Assembly: GCF_023008545.1 (NCBI RefSeq)
Contig: NZ_CP095397.1
Span: 2,715,199-2,779,198 of the forward strand
Direction: 5' to 3'
Source of the DNA: Natribaculum luteum
Lineage (GTDB): Archaea > Halobacteriota > Halobacteria > Halobacteriales > Natrialbaceae
DNA length: 64,000 nt
The notes below the pieces were generated by a model. That model had not been told where the DNA came from, did no database searches, and was given only the letters and a program-made list of their open reading frames with translations. Positions 19,424 through 29,476 of the stretch are shown here, piece after piece (the first letter of the stretch is position 1; every line of letters begins with the position of its first letter). The position numbers and the translations under genes were made by a program.

Positions 19424-20965
19424 ATGCTGACGAAGGACCTGTTGCGCGTCTCTCGGGCCGGCGGTGGCTTCCACCCGCAGTTCGCCGGACGCGAACACCG
19501 GCCGCTTGCCGCCCGGGTCATCGGAACGTTCCAGGGCCACGTCGGCGAATCGCGCGAGCGCCTCGAGTCCGCGCTCGCCGATCTGGAGCGCGACGCGGAC
19601 GACTACAAACTCGTCCGCGGCTTCGCGGCGCTGCTCGAGCGCGAGTCGACTTTCGAGACGCGGGCAGCGATCGATCCCGTCCGGGCGCGCCGAGCGACGT
19701 TCCGGGCGGCCGAGGCCGTCGGCGTCGTGACGGCCGACGAGCGGGAGACGGCACTCGAGCAGGTGGGCGAGTCACTCGGCGTCTCGGCAGACGACCTCGA
19801 GGCGTCGCTGTACGCCGACCTCGACGAGCGACAGGTCCTCGCGGCGGTCGACTCCCGGTGGGACCCCGACGGCCTGGTCGCCCAGTACAACCTCTCGCTG
19901 GCCCAGACGGCGCTGTTCGACGCGACCGAAGTCCGGGTACGCTCGAGCGATCCGAAGGCGCTCGTCTCGGCGATCAAGCGCCTCCGGCTGATGTACGAGA
20001 TTCGAAAGACGGCAGCCGGACGCGAGGTCGTCGTCACGGGCCCGACGCACCTCTTTCGGGCCACGCGCCGGTACGGGACGCGCTTCGCTCGCCTGCTCCG
20101 GACGGTAGCCAGAGCCGAGGAGTGGCACCTCGAGGCGACGATCGACGACCGGGGCACCGAACGTCCGCTCGACCTCTCCCACGAGGATCCGATTCGCGTC
20201 CCCGACGCCGCCCCCGTCGCGACGGTGTCGTTCGACAGCGGCGTCGAGGCCGACTTCGCCGCTCGATTTTCGAACCTCGATCTCCCGTGGGACCTCGTTC
20301 GCGAACCCGAACCGCTCGCGACGGGAACCCGGGTGATGATCCCCGACTTCGCGTTCGACTACCGCTACGGGCGTCCCGACTCGAGCGCAGCGAACGAGTC
20401 ATGCGACGGCGACTTTCGCGTCTACTTCGAGATCATGGGCTTCTGGACGCCCGAGTACGTCGAGAAGAAGCTCTCGCAACTCGAGTCGGTCGAAGACGTG
20501 GACCTGCTTGTGGCCGTCGACGAGTCGCTGGGCGTCGGCGAGGAGATCGCGGCTCGCGACCACCGGGCGATCCCCTACACCGACACCGTCCGCGTCAAGG
20601 ACGTCGTGGACGTTCTCCGGGAGTACGAACGGGACCTGGTCGCCGAAAGCGCCGCCGCCCTGCCCGACGAACTCGTGCCCGACGAGGACGTGATCTCCCT
20701 CGCCGACCTCGCGGCCCGACGCGGCGTCAGCGAGGAGGCGCTCGCGGACGCGTCGTTTCCCGATCACGAACTCGTCGGCCGGACGCTGGTCCGCCCTCGC
20801 GTCCTCGAGGACCTGGCCGACGACCTCGAGGCGGGAATGGCACTCGGGGACGCCGAGGCGATCCTCGACGACGCCGGCCTGACGGATTCGAGCGCGGCGC
20901 TGTCGCGGCTCGGCTACCGCGTCGAGTGGGAGGGGCTGTCGGGCGGGACCGTCCGCGAACGTTGA
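19424..20965 (+). CDS. Bax1-like (DUF790) nuclease partnering XPB.
   Basis: 513-aa protein directly downstream of XPB. Its N-terminal region MLTKDLLRVSRAGGGFHPQFAG resembles archaeal Bax1. Its size fits. Confidence 0.7.
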   Translation: MLTKDLLRVSRAGGGFHPQFAGREHRPLAARVIGTFQGHVGESRERLESALADLERDADDYKLVRGFAALLERESTFETRAAIDPVRARRATFRAAEAVGVVTADERETALEQVGESLGVSADDLEASLYADLDERQVLAAVDSRWDPDGLVAQYNLSLAQTALFDATEVRVRSSDPKALVSAIKRLRLMYEIRKTAAGREVVVTGPTHLFRATRRYGTRFARLLRTVARAEEWHLEATIDDRGTERPLDLSHEDPIRVPDAAPVATVSFDSGVEADFAARFSNLDLPWDLVREPEPLATGTRVMIPDFAFDYRYGRPDSSAANESCDGDFRVYFEIMGFWTPEYVEKKLSQLESVEDVDLLVAVDESLGVGEEIAARDHRAIPYTDTVRVKDVVDVLREYERDLVAESAAALPDELVPDEDVISLADLAARRGVSEEALADASFPDHELVGRTLVRPRVLEDLADDLEAGMALGDAEAILDDAGLTDSSAALSRLGYRVEWEGLSGGTVRER

Positions 20966-21066
20966 TCTGACGGCGCGGCCGATCGGCAGCGAGTTCGACT
21001 CGAGCAACCACGACTGGGCCTTTTTGGTCGTTGCCGGTGTACGACGGTCGACGAGGGAGATCTCGA

Positions 21067-21906
21067 ATGGATACTTCGCGACCCGAACGAGGCCAGTTGC
21101 TGGACGAGTTTCCGTACGTTCGAGTCGGCGACGGCCCACGCACGCTCCTCCTGATTCCCGGCATCGGCGACGCGCTGTTCGACGGCGAGTACGGTCAGCT
21201 CGCCTCCTGGGGTCTCCGGGCGTTTCTCCGTGAGTACGTCGACGACCACACGGTGTATCTGGTGAGTCGACCGCGTGGACTCGCCAAGGGAACGTCGATC
21301 CGGGACATGGCACGCGACTACGGCCGCGTCCTCGACGAGGAGCTCGGCCCCGCGTCGGTGATCGGGGCCTCGATGGGCGGACTGATCGCACAGGACCTCG
21401 CGATCGACCGACCGGATCTGGTCGATCGGCTCGTCCTCGCCGTCTCCGGCTGTCGGGTCGCAGCCGAGAGCGTGCCGACGATCCGTCGGAACCGCCGACG
21501 GGCGCTCGAGCACGACTGGACGGCGCTTCGCAGCGAACTGCTCCGGGAACTTTACACCGGCTGGCGGCGCGCGGTCTATCCGCGACTCTCGCGGACGATC
21601 GGCCGCGTTCGACCGCCGAACCCCGCCGATCCGCTCGACGTCGTCGTCTCGATCGACGCCGTCCTCGAGTTCGACAGCCGGGAGCGACTCGAACGGATCC
21701 ACGCACCGACGCTGGTCATCGGGGGGACCGACGATCTCTACTTTCCAGAGCCGATCCTCCGAGAAACCCACGAGGAGATCCCTGACGCACAGCTAGCGAT
21801 GTTTCGCGAGGTCCGCCACGGTGCGTTCCTCGAGCGGAAGGCGGGGTTCGACAACTGGGTCACTCGATTCCTCACGAGCGAGCCGACGCAGGTCTCCTAC
21901 GGGTGA
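21067..21906 (+). CDS. Alpha/beta-fold hydrolase.
   Basis: Nucleophile elbow GASMGG and an alpha/beta-hydrolase domain order with Asp/His downstream. Confidence 0.75.
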   Translation: MDTSRPERGQLLDEFPYVRVGDGPRTLLLIPGIGDALFDGEYGQLASWGLRAFLREYVDDHTVYLVSRPRGLAKGTSIRDMARDYGRVLDEELGPASVIGASMGGLIAQDLAIDRPDLVDRLVLAVSGCRVAAESVPTIRRNRRRALEHDWTALRSELLRELYTGWRRAVYPRLSRTIGRVRPPNPADPLDVVVSIDAVLEFDSRERLERIHAPTLVIGGTDDLYFPEPILRETHEEIPDAQLAMFREVRHGAFLERKAGFDNWVTRFLTSEPTQVSYG

Positions 21907-21916
21907 GGTCTCGCAC

Positions 21917-23182
21917 TCAGCCTTCGTCGATCGAGAGCACGCGACCCGCGGCGACCGTCTGGCCCATGTCGCGAATGGCGAAACTCCCGAGTTCGGGGAT
22001 CTCGCTCGAGGGCTCGACGCTGAGCGGTTTCTGCGGGCGGACGGTCACGATGGCGGCGTCGCCCGACTGGATGAAGTCGGGGTTCTCCTCTTCGACCTCG
22101 CCGCTCGAGGGATCGATCTTCTGGTCGATCGTCTCGAGCGTGCAGGCGACCTGTGCCGTGTGGGCGTGGAAGACCGGCGTGTACCCCGCGGTGATGACCG
22201 AGGGGTGTTGCATGACGACGATCTGGGCCTGGAAGGTCCGTGCCACGGTCGGCGGGTCGTCGGCCGGACCGCAGACGTCGCCGCGACGAATGTCGTCTTT
22301 GCCGATGCCGCGGACGTTGAACCCGACGTTGTCGCCGGGTTCGGCGCGGGGAATCTCCTCGTGGTGCATCTCGATCGTCTTGACCTCGCCGCCGACATCG
22401 CTGGGCTGGAAGGAGACGGTGTCGCCGATTTCCATGACGCCAGTCTCGACCCGCCCGACGGGAACGGTACCGATGCCCGAGATGGTGTAGACGTCCTGGA
22501 TCGGCAAGCGAAGCGGCGCGTCTGTCGGGGGTTCCGTCTCCGGCAGGTCGTTCAGGGCGTCGAGGATCGTCGGCCCGTCGTACCACGGCGTGTTCTCGGA
22601 GAGTTCGGCGACGTTGTCGCCCTCGAACGCCGAGATCGGGATGAAACTCGCGTCCTCGGTGGCGAAACGGACCTGATCGAGCAGGGCCTTGACCTCCTCG
22701 ACGACCTCGCGATAGCGGTCCTCGTCGTAGTCGACGACGTCCATCTTGTTGACGCCGACGATCAGTTCGTCGATGCCGAGCGTCCGTGCCAGGAAGACGT
22801 GCTCCTGGGTCTGGGGTGCGACGCCGTCGTCTGCGGCGACGACGAGGACGGCGTTGTCCGCCTGCGACGCCCCTGTGATCATATTCTTCACGAAGTCGCG
22901 GTGGCCGGGCGTGTCGACGACCGTGAAGTAGTAGACGTCGGTTTCGAACTCCTGGTGGGCGATGTCGATCGTCAGGCCGCGTTCTCGCTCTTCGGCCAGA
23001 TTGTCCATCACGTAGGCGAACTCGAAGCCGCCCTTGCCTTTCTCCTCTGCTTCCTCGCGATGCTGTTCGATGACGTGCTCGGGGATGCTCCCCGTCTCGA
23101 ACAGCAGTCGGCCGACCAGCGTCGACTTTCCGTGGTCGACGTGGCCGATGATCGCCAGGTTCTGGTGTGGTTTATCTACCAT
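21917..23182 (-). CDS. tuf: Translation elongation factor 1-alpha (aEF-1alpha).
   Basis: [27 protein letters not shown]. Near-identical across its length to haloarchaeal EF-1alpha (421 aa). Confidence 0.97.
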   Translation of the reverse strand: MVDKPHQNLAIIGHVDHGKSTLVGRLLFETGSIPEHVIEQHREEAEEKGKGGFEFAYVMDNLAEERERGLTIDIAHQEFETDVYYFTVVDTPGHRDFVKNMITGASQADNAVLVVAADDGVAPQTQEHVFLARTLGIDELIVGVNKMDVVDYDEDRYREVVEEVKALLDQVRFATEDASFIPISAFEGDNVAELSENTPWYDGPTILDALNDLPETEPPTDAPLRLPIQDVYTISGIGTVPVGRVETGVMEIGDTVSFQPSDVGGEVKTIEMHHEEIPRAEPGDNVGFNVRGIGKDDIRRGDVCGPADDPPTVARTFQAQIVVMQHPSVITAGYTPVFHAHTAQVACTLETIDQKIDPSSGEVEEENPDFIQSGDAAIVTVRPQKPLSVEPSSEIPELGSFAIRDMGQTVAAGRVLSIDEG

Positions 23183-23270
23183 TTCGATCCCCTCGAGTAC
23201 TATGGTACGTGACACCAGGGCAAAACGCTTGATGGACACCCAACATATTTGAAGGGATTGTCGCGGCCGG

Positions 23271-24164
23271 TTAGGGCTCCCCGTCGGCCATCGGCACGCA
23301 CAACACCGGCACAGAGGCGTTGCGAACGACGTTCTCGGTGACGCTTCCGAGAAGGCGTTGTTTGACGCCGGACCGCCCGTGGGTACCCATAACGACGAGG
23401 TCGACGTCTTCGTCCTCGACGTACGTCAGGATCACCCGCGATGGGGGACCGCTGGCCACCGTTCCCGTGACGCTGACGTCTGCCTCGAGCGCGCGTTCTC
23501 GCACCGTCGCGAGCGCACCCTTCCCCTGTAACTCGAGCGCCTCGAAGATCTCGTCTGCTCCCTCGCCGCTCACCAGCCGGCTCGTGTCGGCCGAGTACAG
23601 CGCGTGGACCATCGCGTCGAACGCGTCCGCCAGCGTGACGCCCCACTCGACTGCGACCGCTGCCGTCTCGCTCCCGTCGGTCGGCAACAGAACGTCGTCG
23701 TAGTCGTAGCCGTCTGCTGGCGTGTCGCCTGCTGCTGGCGGGACCGCGAGTACCGGCGAACTCGTCGTCCGGAGAACGTTCTCGGTGACGCTGCCGAGTA
23801 GGACCCGCTCGAGGCCTGTCCGGCCTTTCGTCCCCATCGCGACGACGTCGACGTCGTGCTCGTCGGCGTACGCGCCGATGATCTCGAACGGAACGCCGCG
23901 CTCGACTGCTGTGGTGGCGTCGACGCCCGCGTCCCGGGCGAGCGTCGCGACCGCGTCGACCGCTCGCTCGGCCTCGCGCTCGAGCGGCGACTGGCCGTCA
24001 CCGTCGAACTCGAGGGCTTCGGCGGCGTGGGTCACGTCGACGACCGAGAGGACGTGGACGTCTGCGTCGACCGTGCTCGCGAGGTCGATCCCCCGCCTCG
24101 CACCGGCGAGTGCGCCCTCGCTCCCGTCGGTGGGGATCAGGACCGACTCGATGGATCGGTTCAT
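23271..24164 (-). CDS. Tandem-domain universal stress protein.
   Basis: Two Usp domains ([16 protein letters not shown]...; [13 protein letters not shown]...). Confidence 0.8.
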   Translation of the reverse strand: MNRSIESVLIPTDGSEGALAGARRGIDLASTVDADVHVLSVVDVTHAAEALEFDGDGQSPLEREAERAVDAVATLARDAGVDATTAVERGVPFEIIGAYADEHDVDVVAMGTKGRTGLERVLLGSVTENVLRTTSSPVLAVPPAAGDTPADGYDYDDVLLPTDGSETAAVAVEWGVTLADAFDAMVHALYSADTSRLVSGEGADEIFEALELQGKGALATVRERALEADVSVTGTVASGPPSRVILTYVEDEDVDLVVMGTHGRSGVKQRLLGSVTENVVRNASVPVLCVPMADGEP

Positions 24165-24238
24165 GTCACGACGGTACGACGTCGACGTACAAGATACTAC
24201 GTGGCGACGTCACGTCGGCCGAACGGCGAGCCGCTCCG

Positions 24239-24781
24239 CTACGTTCGACCGGCGAGGTCGCGCCGTCTCCCTTTCGGTACCAGCGAGCGCAACTCGCCGT
24301 GGAGGTAGAGTCCGACGCCGAGCGGTTCGCGCTCGCCTGCGACCGTGTGGGCGGCGATCAGGTACCCCCAGTCGCCGTCCCACTCGAGGTCCTGGTCCTC
24401 GCCGGCGACGAACCGCCGCGCCTGCTCGCGGGTCAGGTCGATCACGCAGTCGGTCGCGTGTCCGCCAAAGCGCTGGACGAAGTCGGTCGTCGGCTTCCAG
24501 TGTTCCTGGCGCGTCCGCAGGCAGGTCATCCCGAGTGCCTCGAGTTCGACCGGCGTCGGCGACTCGCCCGCGTAGATCCAGATCTTTCCTGCTCCTTTCT
24601 CCCAGAACGTGTGGTCGTCGAAGGTTTCTGGCGGAATGCCGAACCGGTCCGCGAAGTACTCGAGGGTCTCCGCACGGCTCACCCGTCCCTCGACGGTCCG
24701 CTCGTCGGCCGTCGCCGGCAGTCGATCGAACCGCTGGCCGACGTTCTCCTCGAGGTCGCCGTCGCCCGCGTCACCCGACAT
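24239..24781 (-). CDS. RsmF-type methyltransferase C-terminal (PUA-like) domain, encoded as a separate protein.
   Basis: Its start codon overlaps the Sun-family methyltransferase stop as ATGA. The sequence (WEKGAGKIWIYAGESP...LEWDGDWGYLIAAHTVAG) resembles the C-terminal RNA-binding domain normally fused in RsmF-like enzymes. Confidence 0.45.
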   Translation of the reverse strand: MSGDAGDGDLEENVGQRFDRLPATADERTVEGRVSRAETLEYFADRFGIPPETFDDHTFWEKGAGKIWIYAGESPTPVELEALGMTCLRTRQEHWKPTTDFVQRFGGHATDCVIDLTREQARRFVAGEDQDLEWDGDWGYLIAAHTVAGEREPLGVGLYLHGELRSLVPKGRRRDLAGRT

Positions 24782-25689
24782 CAGGCGGTCACCTCCAGTT
24801 TCGCGACGAAGAAGCCGCCCGTGTCGTTGTGGTGTGGGTAGATTCGCATCGCCCGCTCGAGGCTCGAGTCGTACGCCTCGTCGTCCCACTCGGTGAGTCC
24901 GGGCGCGTACTCGAGGTCGGCGTCGGCGTCGACGACGCGACAGTCCTCCTCCTCGAGGACGTAGTCGACGACGGCCTCGTTCTCCTCGGGGGCGAACGTA
25001 CAGGTCGAGTAGACGACGGACCCGCCCTCGCGGGTGGCCTGGACCGCCCGCCGGAGGATCCCCTTCTGGATGCCCGAGACGGACTTGACGTGACCGACGG
25101 ACCAGTCACAGAGCGCGTCGGGGTTCTTCCGGATCGTTCCCTCGCAGGAACACGGCGCGTCGACGAGCGACCGGTCGAACTCGTCGAACGCGAGGGGCTT
25201 CATCGAGAAGTTGCGCGCGTCCTGGTTGGTCACTGCGATCGAGGTCACACCGAGGCGTTCGGCGTTGAACCGCAGCGCCGAGAGTCGCCCGAGGTTGCTG
25301 TCGTTGCCCACGACGGTTCCCCGGTCGTCCATCAGTGCCGCGAGCTGGGTCGTCTTCCCGCCCGGAGCGGCACAGGCGTCCCAGACCCGGTCGCCGGGCT
25401 CGGGGTCGAGGACGACCGGCGGCACCGCCGACACCTCCTCCTGTCCGTGCGTGAACCCGTGGTACGACGCCCAGGTCGACCCCGGCGAGTCGGTCTCGAG
25501 ACGCAGGACCCGCGGGTTCCACGCTGCCTGGTCGTACTCGACGCCCTCCTCGTCCAGCGTGGCCGTCGCCCGCTCGACGCTCGCCTTGATCGTGTTCACG
25601 CGGACGGCGTTGCCGAGCGGTCGCCGACACGCCTCGAGGAAGGCCTCGAAGTCGTCGACGATCGGTCGGTACCGCTCGAGTGGCTCCAT
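24781..25689 (-). CDS. NOL1/NOP2/Sun-family RNA (cytosine-C5)-methyltransferase.
   Basis: SAM-binding motif DACAAPGGKT, DAPCS, and the catalytic Cys in STCT. Confidence 0.85.
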   Translation of the reverse strand: MEPLERYRPIVDDFEAFLEACRRPLGNAVRVNTIKASVERATATLDEEGVEYDQAAWNPRVLRLETDSPGSTWASYHGFTHGQEEVSAVPPVVLDPEPGDRVWDACAAPGGKTTQLAALMDDRGTVVGNDSNLGRLSALRFNAERLGVTSIAVTNQDARNFSMKPLAFDEFDRSLVDAPCSCEGTIRKNPDALCDWSVGHVKSVSGIQKGILRRAVQATREGGSVVYSTCTFAPEENEAVVDYVLEEEDCRVVDADADLEYAPGLTEWDDEAYDSSLERAMRIYPHHNDTGGFFVAKLEVTA

Positions 25690-25951
25690 TGCTCGCCTGT
25701 TCGGTCGCTCGCCGTTTGTGGGTTTCGAAGCGGGGGCGGTCCGACGTCCCAGGAGTAGCGCCCGCGCCGTCGACGGCGTGACCTCGAGAACGGGCACGAG
25801 AGTGGTGACCGGCACCGAACCGAGGCTGGCGACGCGAGACGGTGACTGATGACGTGGCAGGTCGTCTCGTGACCCGTTTCTCGTCGTTTTTCCGGCGTCA
25901 GAACGGATCCTGCCCATTTTTTATCGTGGGACCGCTCCGGGAGCGATAGAG

Positions 25952-27322
25952 ATGTCTACGGAAAGTCACGACGTAGTGGTCATCGGCGGCGGAACCGCCG
26001 GCTGCTTCGCCGCGGCGACCGCTGCCCAGGAAGGGGTCGACGTCGTCCTCCTCGAGCGCAAGACCGAGGAGGAGGCGGGACACATCGCCTGTGGCGACGG
26101 AATCAAGGGCGCGAGTGCGTTTCCCGACGTCGTCGACCGCGACCGGCTCGACGAGGAGGCGTTTACCAACCGGAACATCAGCAGGGCGATCTTCGAGAAT
26201 CCCCAGACCGGCGAGTCGATCGACGTCCCGTTCGACGAGTCCGGCGGCGTCGTCGACCGCTGGACGTACGGGCGGGTGCTCCTCGACGAGGCCGACCGTG
26301 CCGGCGCGGAGATCCACTACGAGACGGTCGTTCAGGACGTCGTCCAGCCCGACGATCGGGTCGAGGGCGTGACGGCGATGCGGAACGGAGAGCCAGTCAC
26401 GTACGAGGCCGACGTCGTCGTCGACGGGGCGGGATCGCTCTCGTTGCTCCAGGACAGGATCGACTTCTCCGGGTCGACGTTCGACACCAACGTCACCTAC
26501 CAGCAGTTCTGCTCTGCCTATCGTGAGATCCTCGAGGTCGACGACCCCGTCGACTGGGACGACGCGCTGGTGTTCAAGCCCACCGAGGAACTGGGCTACC
26601 TCTGGTACTTCCCGCGCTCCTCGACGGAGATCAACGCCGGGCTGGGCTTTCAGATGAACAAGCCGCCGATGAAACTCGTCGAGGACCTCAAACGCGACCT
26701 CGAGACCCGACCCGAGTTCCGGAACGCGACAGTGACGGACAAACTGGGTGCCGCTCTCCCGACCCGGCGGCCCTACGACTCGGCCGTCCATCCGGGGTAC
26801 GTCGCCGTCGGCGACGCCGCAGCCCACGTCAATCCCTGTACCGGCGGCGGGATTCCGGGCGCGGCGAAGGCGGGCCACTGGGCGGCGGAGGTCGCCATCG
26901 AGGCGATCGGCGACGGCGACGTCGGCGAGGCCGCGCTGTGGGAGTACAACCGACGCGTCCAGACCGGCTTCGGCAAGCGCTTCGCCGCGATGGACCTCTA
27001 CAACATTTTCGGCGGCGCTCACGACGTCGACGAACTGGTCTCGGTGATCACCTCGTTGCCCGGCCAGCAACTCGTCGACGCCATCGGGAAACGGGGCACT
27101 GCCTCCATGGGGCTCGGCCTGAAGCTCAAGACGATCCTGAAGACGTTCGGCCACTGGGACGTCCTCTACGAACTCTACAGGGTCCAGAGTCTCGCCGCCG
27201 ATCTCAAAGACGTCTACGACTCCTACCCGGGCGACCCGGCCTACTTCGACGCCTGGCAAAAAGAGCGCGACGCCGTCATGGACCGACTGTACGACGTCAC
27301 GGGTGCGGAGCCGAAGTACTGA
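25952..27322 (+). CDS. Geranylgeranyl reductase family FAD-dependent oxidoreductase (digeranylgeranylglycerophospholipid reductase-like).
   Basis: FAD-binding VVVIGGGTAGCFAA and GD motif. The 456-aa length is typical of haloarchaeal GGR. Confidence 0.8.
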   Translation: MSTESHDVVVIGGGTAGCFAAATAAQEGVDVVLLERKTEEEAGHIACGDGIKGASAFPDVVDRDRLDEEAFTNRNISRAIFENPQTGESIDVPFDESGGVVDRWTYGRVLLDEADRAGAEIHYETVVQDVVQPDDRVEGVTAMRNGEPVTYEADVVVDGAGSLSLLQDRIDFSGSTFDTNVTYQQFCSAYREILEVDDPVDWDDALVFKPTEELGYLWYFPRSSTEINAGLGFQMNKPPMKLVEDLKRDLETRPEFRNATVTDKLGAALPTRRPYDSAVHPGYVAVGDAAAHVNPCTGGGIPGAAKAGHWAAEVAIEAIGDGDVGEAALWEYNRRVQTGFGKRFAAMDLYNIFGGAHDVDELVSVITSLPGQQLVDAIGKRGTASMGLGLKLKTILKTFGHWDVLYELYRVQSLAADLKDVYDSYPGDPAYFDAWQKERDAVMDRLYDVTGAEPKY

Positions 27323-27345
27323 TACTATCTGACAATAGCCAGTAC
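27316..27345. repeat. Short hairpin starting with cTGAtac at the geranylgeranyl reductase stop. It is a minimal family-A/B-like terminus.
   Basis: gtacTGAtactatctgacaatagccagtac, with arms gtactg/cagtac. The TGA is the stop codon of the geranylgeranyl reductase. Confidence 0.5.
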
Positions 27346-27432
27346 GTACTCGAGAGCGACTCGCCCTGTCGGACGGCGAACCGCTGGCCGCGATCCCAAC
27401 CCCTTTTCCCACCGGTCGACTACCCGTCGGCG

Positions 27433-28266
27433 ATGACAGACGAGATCCCCGTCGATCGCTACCCGACAGCCAACGGCATGCCGGTCCTCGGACTCGGCAC
27501 GTGGCAGAACACCGACCCCGAGCAGTGCGCCGAGAGCGTCCAGACCGCACTCGAGGTCGGCTACCGCCACGTCGACACCGCACAGGCCTACGACAACGAG
27601 GAGGCCGTCGGTGACGGACTCGCGGCTGCCGACGTCGATCGCGAGGACGTCTTCCTCGCGACGAAGGTCTGGAACTCGAACCTGGCGTCCGACGACGTCC
27701 TCGAGACGGCGCGGGCGAGTCTCGATCGGCTCGGCGTCGATTACGTCGACCTGCTGTACGTCCACTGGCCGGCGGGTCCGTACGACGCCGAGGAGACGCT
27801 GCCGGCGTTCGAACAGCTGTACGACGAGGGGCTGATCGAACGGGTCGGTGTCAGCAACTTCACGCCCGACCTCCTCGAGGAAGCGGTCGACGTCTGCGAC
27901 GTGCCGATCTTCGCCAACCAGGTCGAGCTACACCCGCTGCACCCTCAGGAGGAGCTTCGCGAGGCGTGCGAGCGCCACGACGTCGAGGTCGTCGCCTACT
28001 CGCCGCTGGCGCGCGGCGAGGTCTTCGACGTGCCCGAGATCCAGGAAATCGCGGCCAAACACGACGCGAGCGAGGCGCAGGTCAGTCTCGCCTGGCTCCG
28101 CGAGAAAGGCATCACTGCGATCCCCAAGGCGACGAGTCAGGCCCACGTCGAGGACAACTGGCGGTCGCTCGACCTCGAGCTAGACGACGAGGATGTCGAG
28201 ATGATCGACGCGATCGACCGCACGGATCGCCAGGTCGATCCGGACTTCGGTCCCTGGAACCGATGA
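27433..28266 (+). CDS. Aldo/keto reductase.
   Basis: LGLGTWQ...GYRHVDTAQAYDNEEAVG...VSNF motifs characteristic of the aldo/keto reductase superfamily. Confidence 0.85.
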   Translation: MTDEIPVDRYPTANGMPVLGLGTWQNTDPEQCAESVQTALEVGYRHVDTAQAYDNEEAVGDGLAAADVDREDVFLATKVWNSNLASDDVLETARASLDRLGVDYVDLLYVHWPAGPYDAEETLPAFEQLYDEGLIERVGVSNFTPDLLEEAVDVCDVPIFANQVELHPLHPQEELREACERHDVEVVAYSPLARGEVFDVPEIQEIAAKHDASEAQVSLAWLREKGITAIPKATSQAHVEDNWRSLDLELDDEDVEMIDAIDRTDRQVDPDFGPWNR

Positions 28267-28342
28267 ACAGTCAGTCGACGTGACTGTCTTCGTGCCGAGA
28301 AAAGCCGGAACGTTAACGGTACGCCGGTGTCACGGGTTCGGT

Positions 28343-29113
28343 ATGGCTACCCGCGCACGCAACAGCGGTGGCATCGTCGGCGCGGTGAAAGTCGACTTGC
28401 AGCGGTTACACGGCGCGTGGATGGAGATCGTTTTCCCTCGCCAGCGTGGCCGCGGCCACTCCGTGATGGGCAAGTGGCGACCCGAGACGCTTCCACAGAA
28501 GATTGGCTACCACTTCTGGAGCGTCCTCGGGACGGTCGGCTTGCTCCTCCTCTACCCGCTGACCGTCATCGGCTTCGCGACCCGCTTTTACGCGGCGAAA
28601 CTCGACTCGACGACGACTCGTCTCGGCATCCTCGGTGTCACGGGTGTCGCACTGCTCGGCTGGGGACTGTTGACGGTCGCCTGGGGGGCGATGTCGTACA
28701 TGGAACAGATCGACATCCCCCTCGACGCGGTCGTCGCGGTCGCGGCGGCCAGCGGCGTCGCGACGGTCGCGACCGCACTCGCCGCGACGTTCTCGAAAGT
28801 CGGCGGCCGGGGCACGTCGGTCGCCCTCGCGTACCCGTTCGCGATGACGGCCCTGTTCCTCCCGCCGGTCGTCGCGGCGCTCGTCACGCCGTCGCTCGAG
28901 GGGTACGTCCTCGAGCCGAGTTACGACCTCGCGGCGTGGTTGCTCGACAACGTGTTGTTCGTCGGCGGGGTCAACGAGTTCCTCCGGACGAACTACACGC
29001 TCGAGGGAGCCGCCTACGCGGGGATGTGGCTCGGCTTCTCGTTCCCGCTGGGCTGGTTCTTCGGCGTCGTCGTCGCGCTGGCGAACCTCGTCAGACCGTC
29101 CGAGCGAGGGTAA
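28343..29113 (+). CDS. Hypothetical polytopic membrane protein. The start is uncertain among ATGs at 28343, 28421 and 28466.
   Basis: At least five hydrophobic helices. I recognise no motif. Confidence 0.4.
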   Translation: MATRARNSGGIVGAVKVDLQRLHGAWMEIVFPRQRGRGHSVMGKWRPETLPQKIGYHFWSVLGTVGLLLLYPLTVIGFATRFYAAKLDSTTTRLGILGVTGVALLGWGLLTVAWGAMSYMEQIDIPLDAVVAVAAASGVATVATALAATFSKVGGRGTSVALAYPFAMTALFLPPVVAALVTPSLEGYVLEPSYDLAAWLLDNVLFVGGVNEFLRTNYTLEGAAYAGMWLGFSFPLGWFFGVVVALANLVRPSERG

Positions 29114-29181
29114 TGGACGGTTTTCCCTATGGACTCTCCGCTGTCGATACCATTAGGTAGGCTACCTCCTAACCTCGAGAT

Positions 29182-29373
29182 ATGGAACTCGACGTAGCCA
29201 AGACGGCCATCGCGTTCGTCGTCGTGATCGGGATCGGCGTCGGTGGCCTCCTCGCCGCGCCGATGATGACCGCCGACACCGTGTTGATGATGGTTGCGCC
29301 GTCGATGATCGTATTCGGGCTGATTATGCTGGGTATCGGCGTCGCACACGGCCAGTACCGCGCGACGCACTGA
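29182..29373 (+). CDS. Small hydrophobic protein of 63 aa.
   Basis: Two TM helices. Support is weak. Confidence 0.3.
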   Translation: MELDVAKTAIAFVVVIGIGVGGLLAAPMMTADTVLMMVAPSMIVFGLIMLGIGVAHGQYRATH

Positions 29374-29476
29374 TTATCCGTCGAACGCGTTCGCGACCGT
29401 CCGTATCGCGTTCGGAACTCCACCGAGCGTTTCTATCCGGACGTACTCGCCGTACGCGTCGGCGATCGCCGCGATC

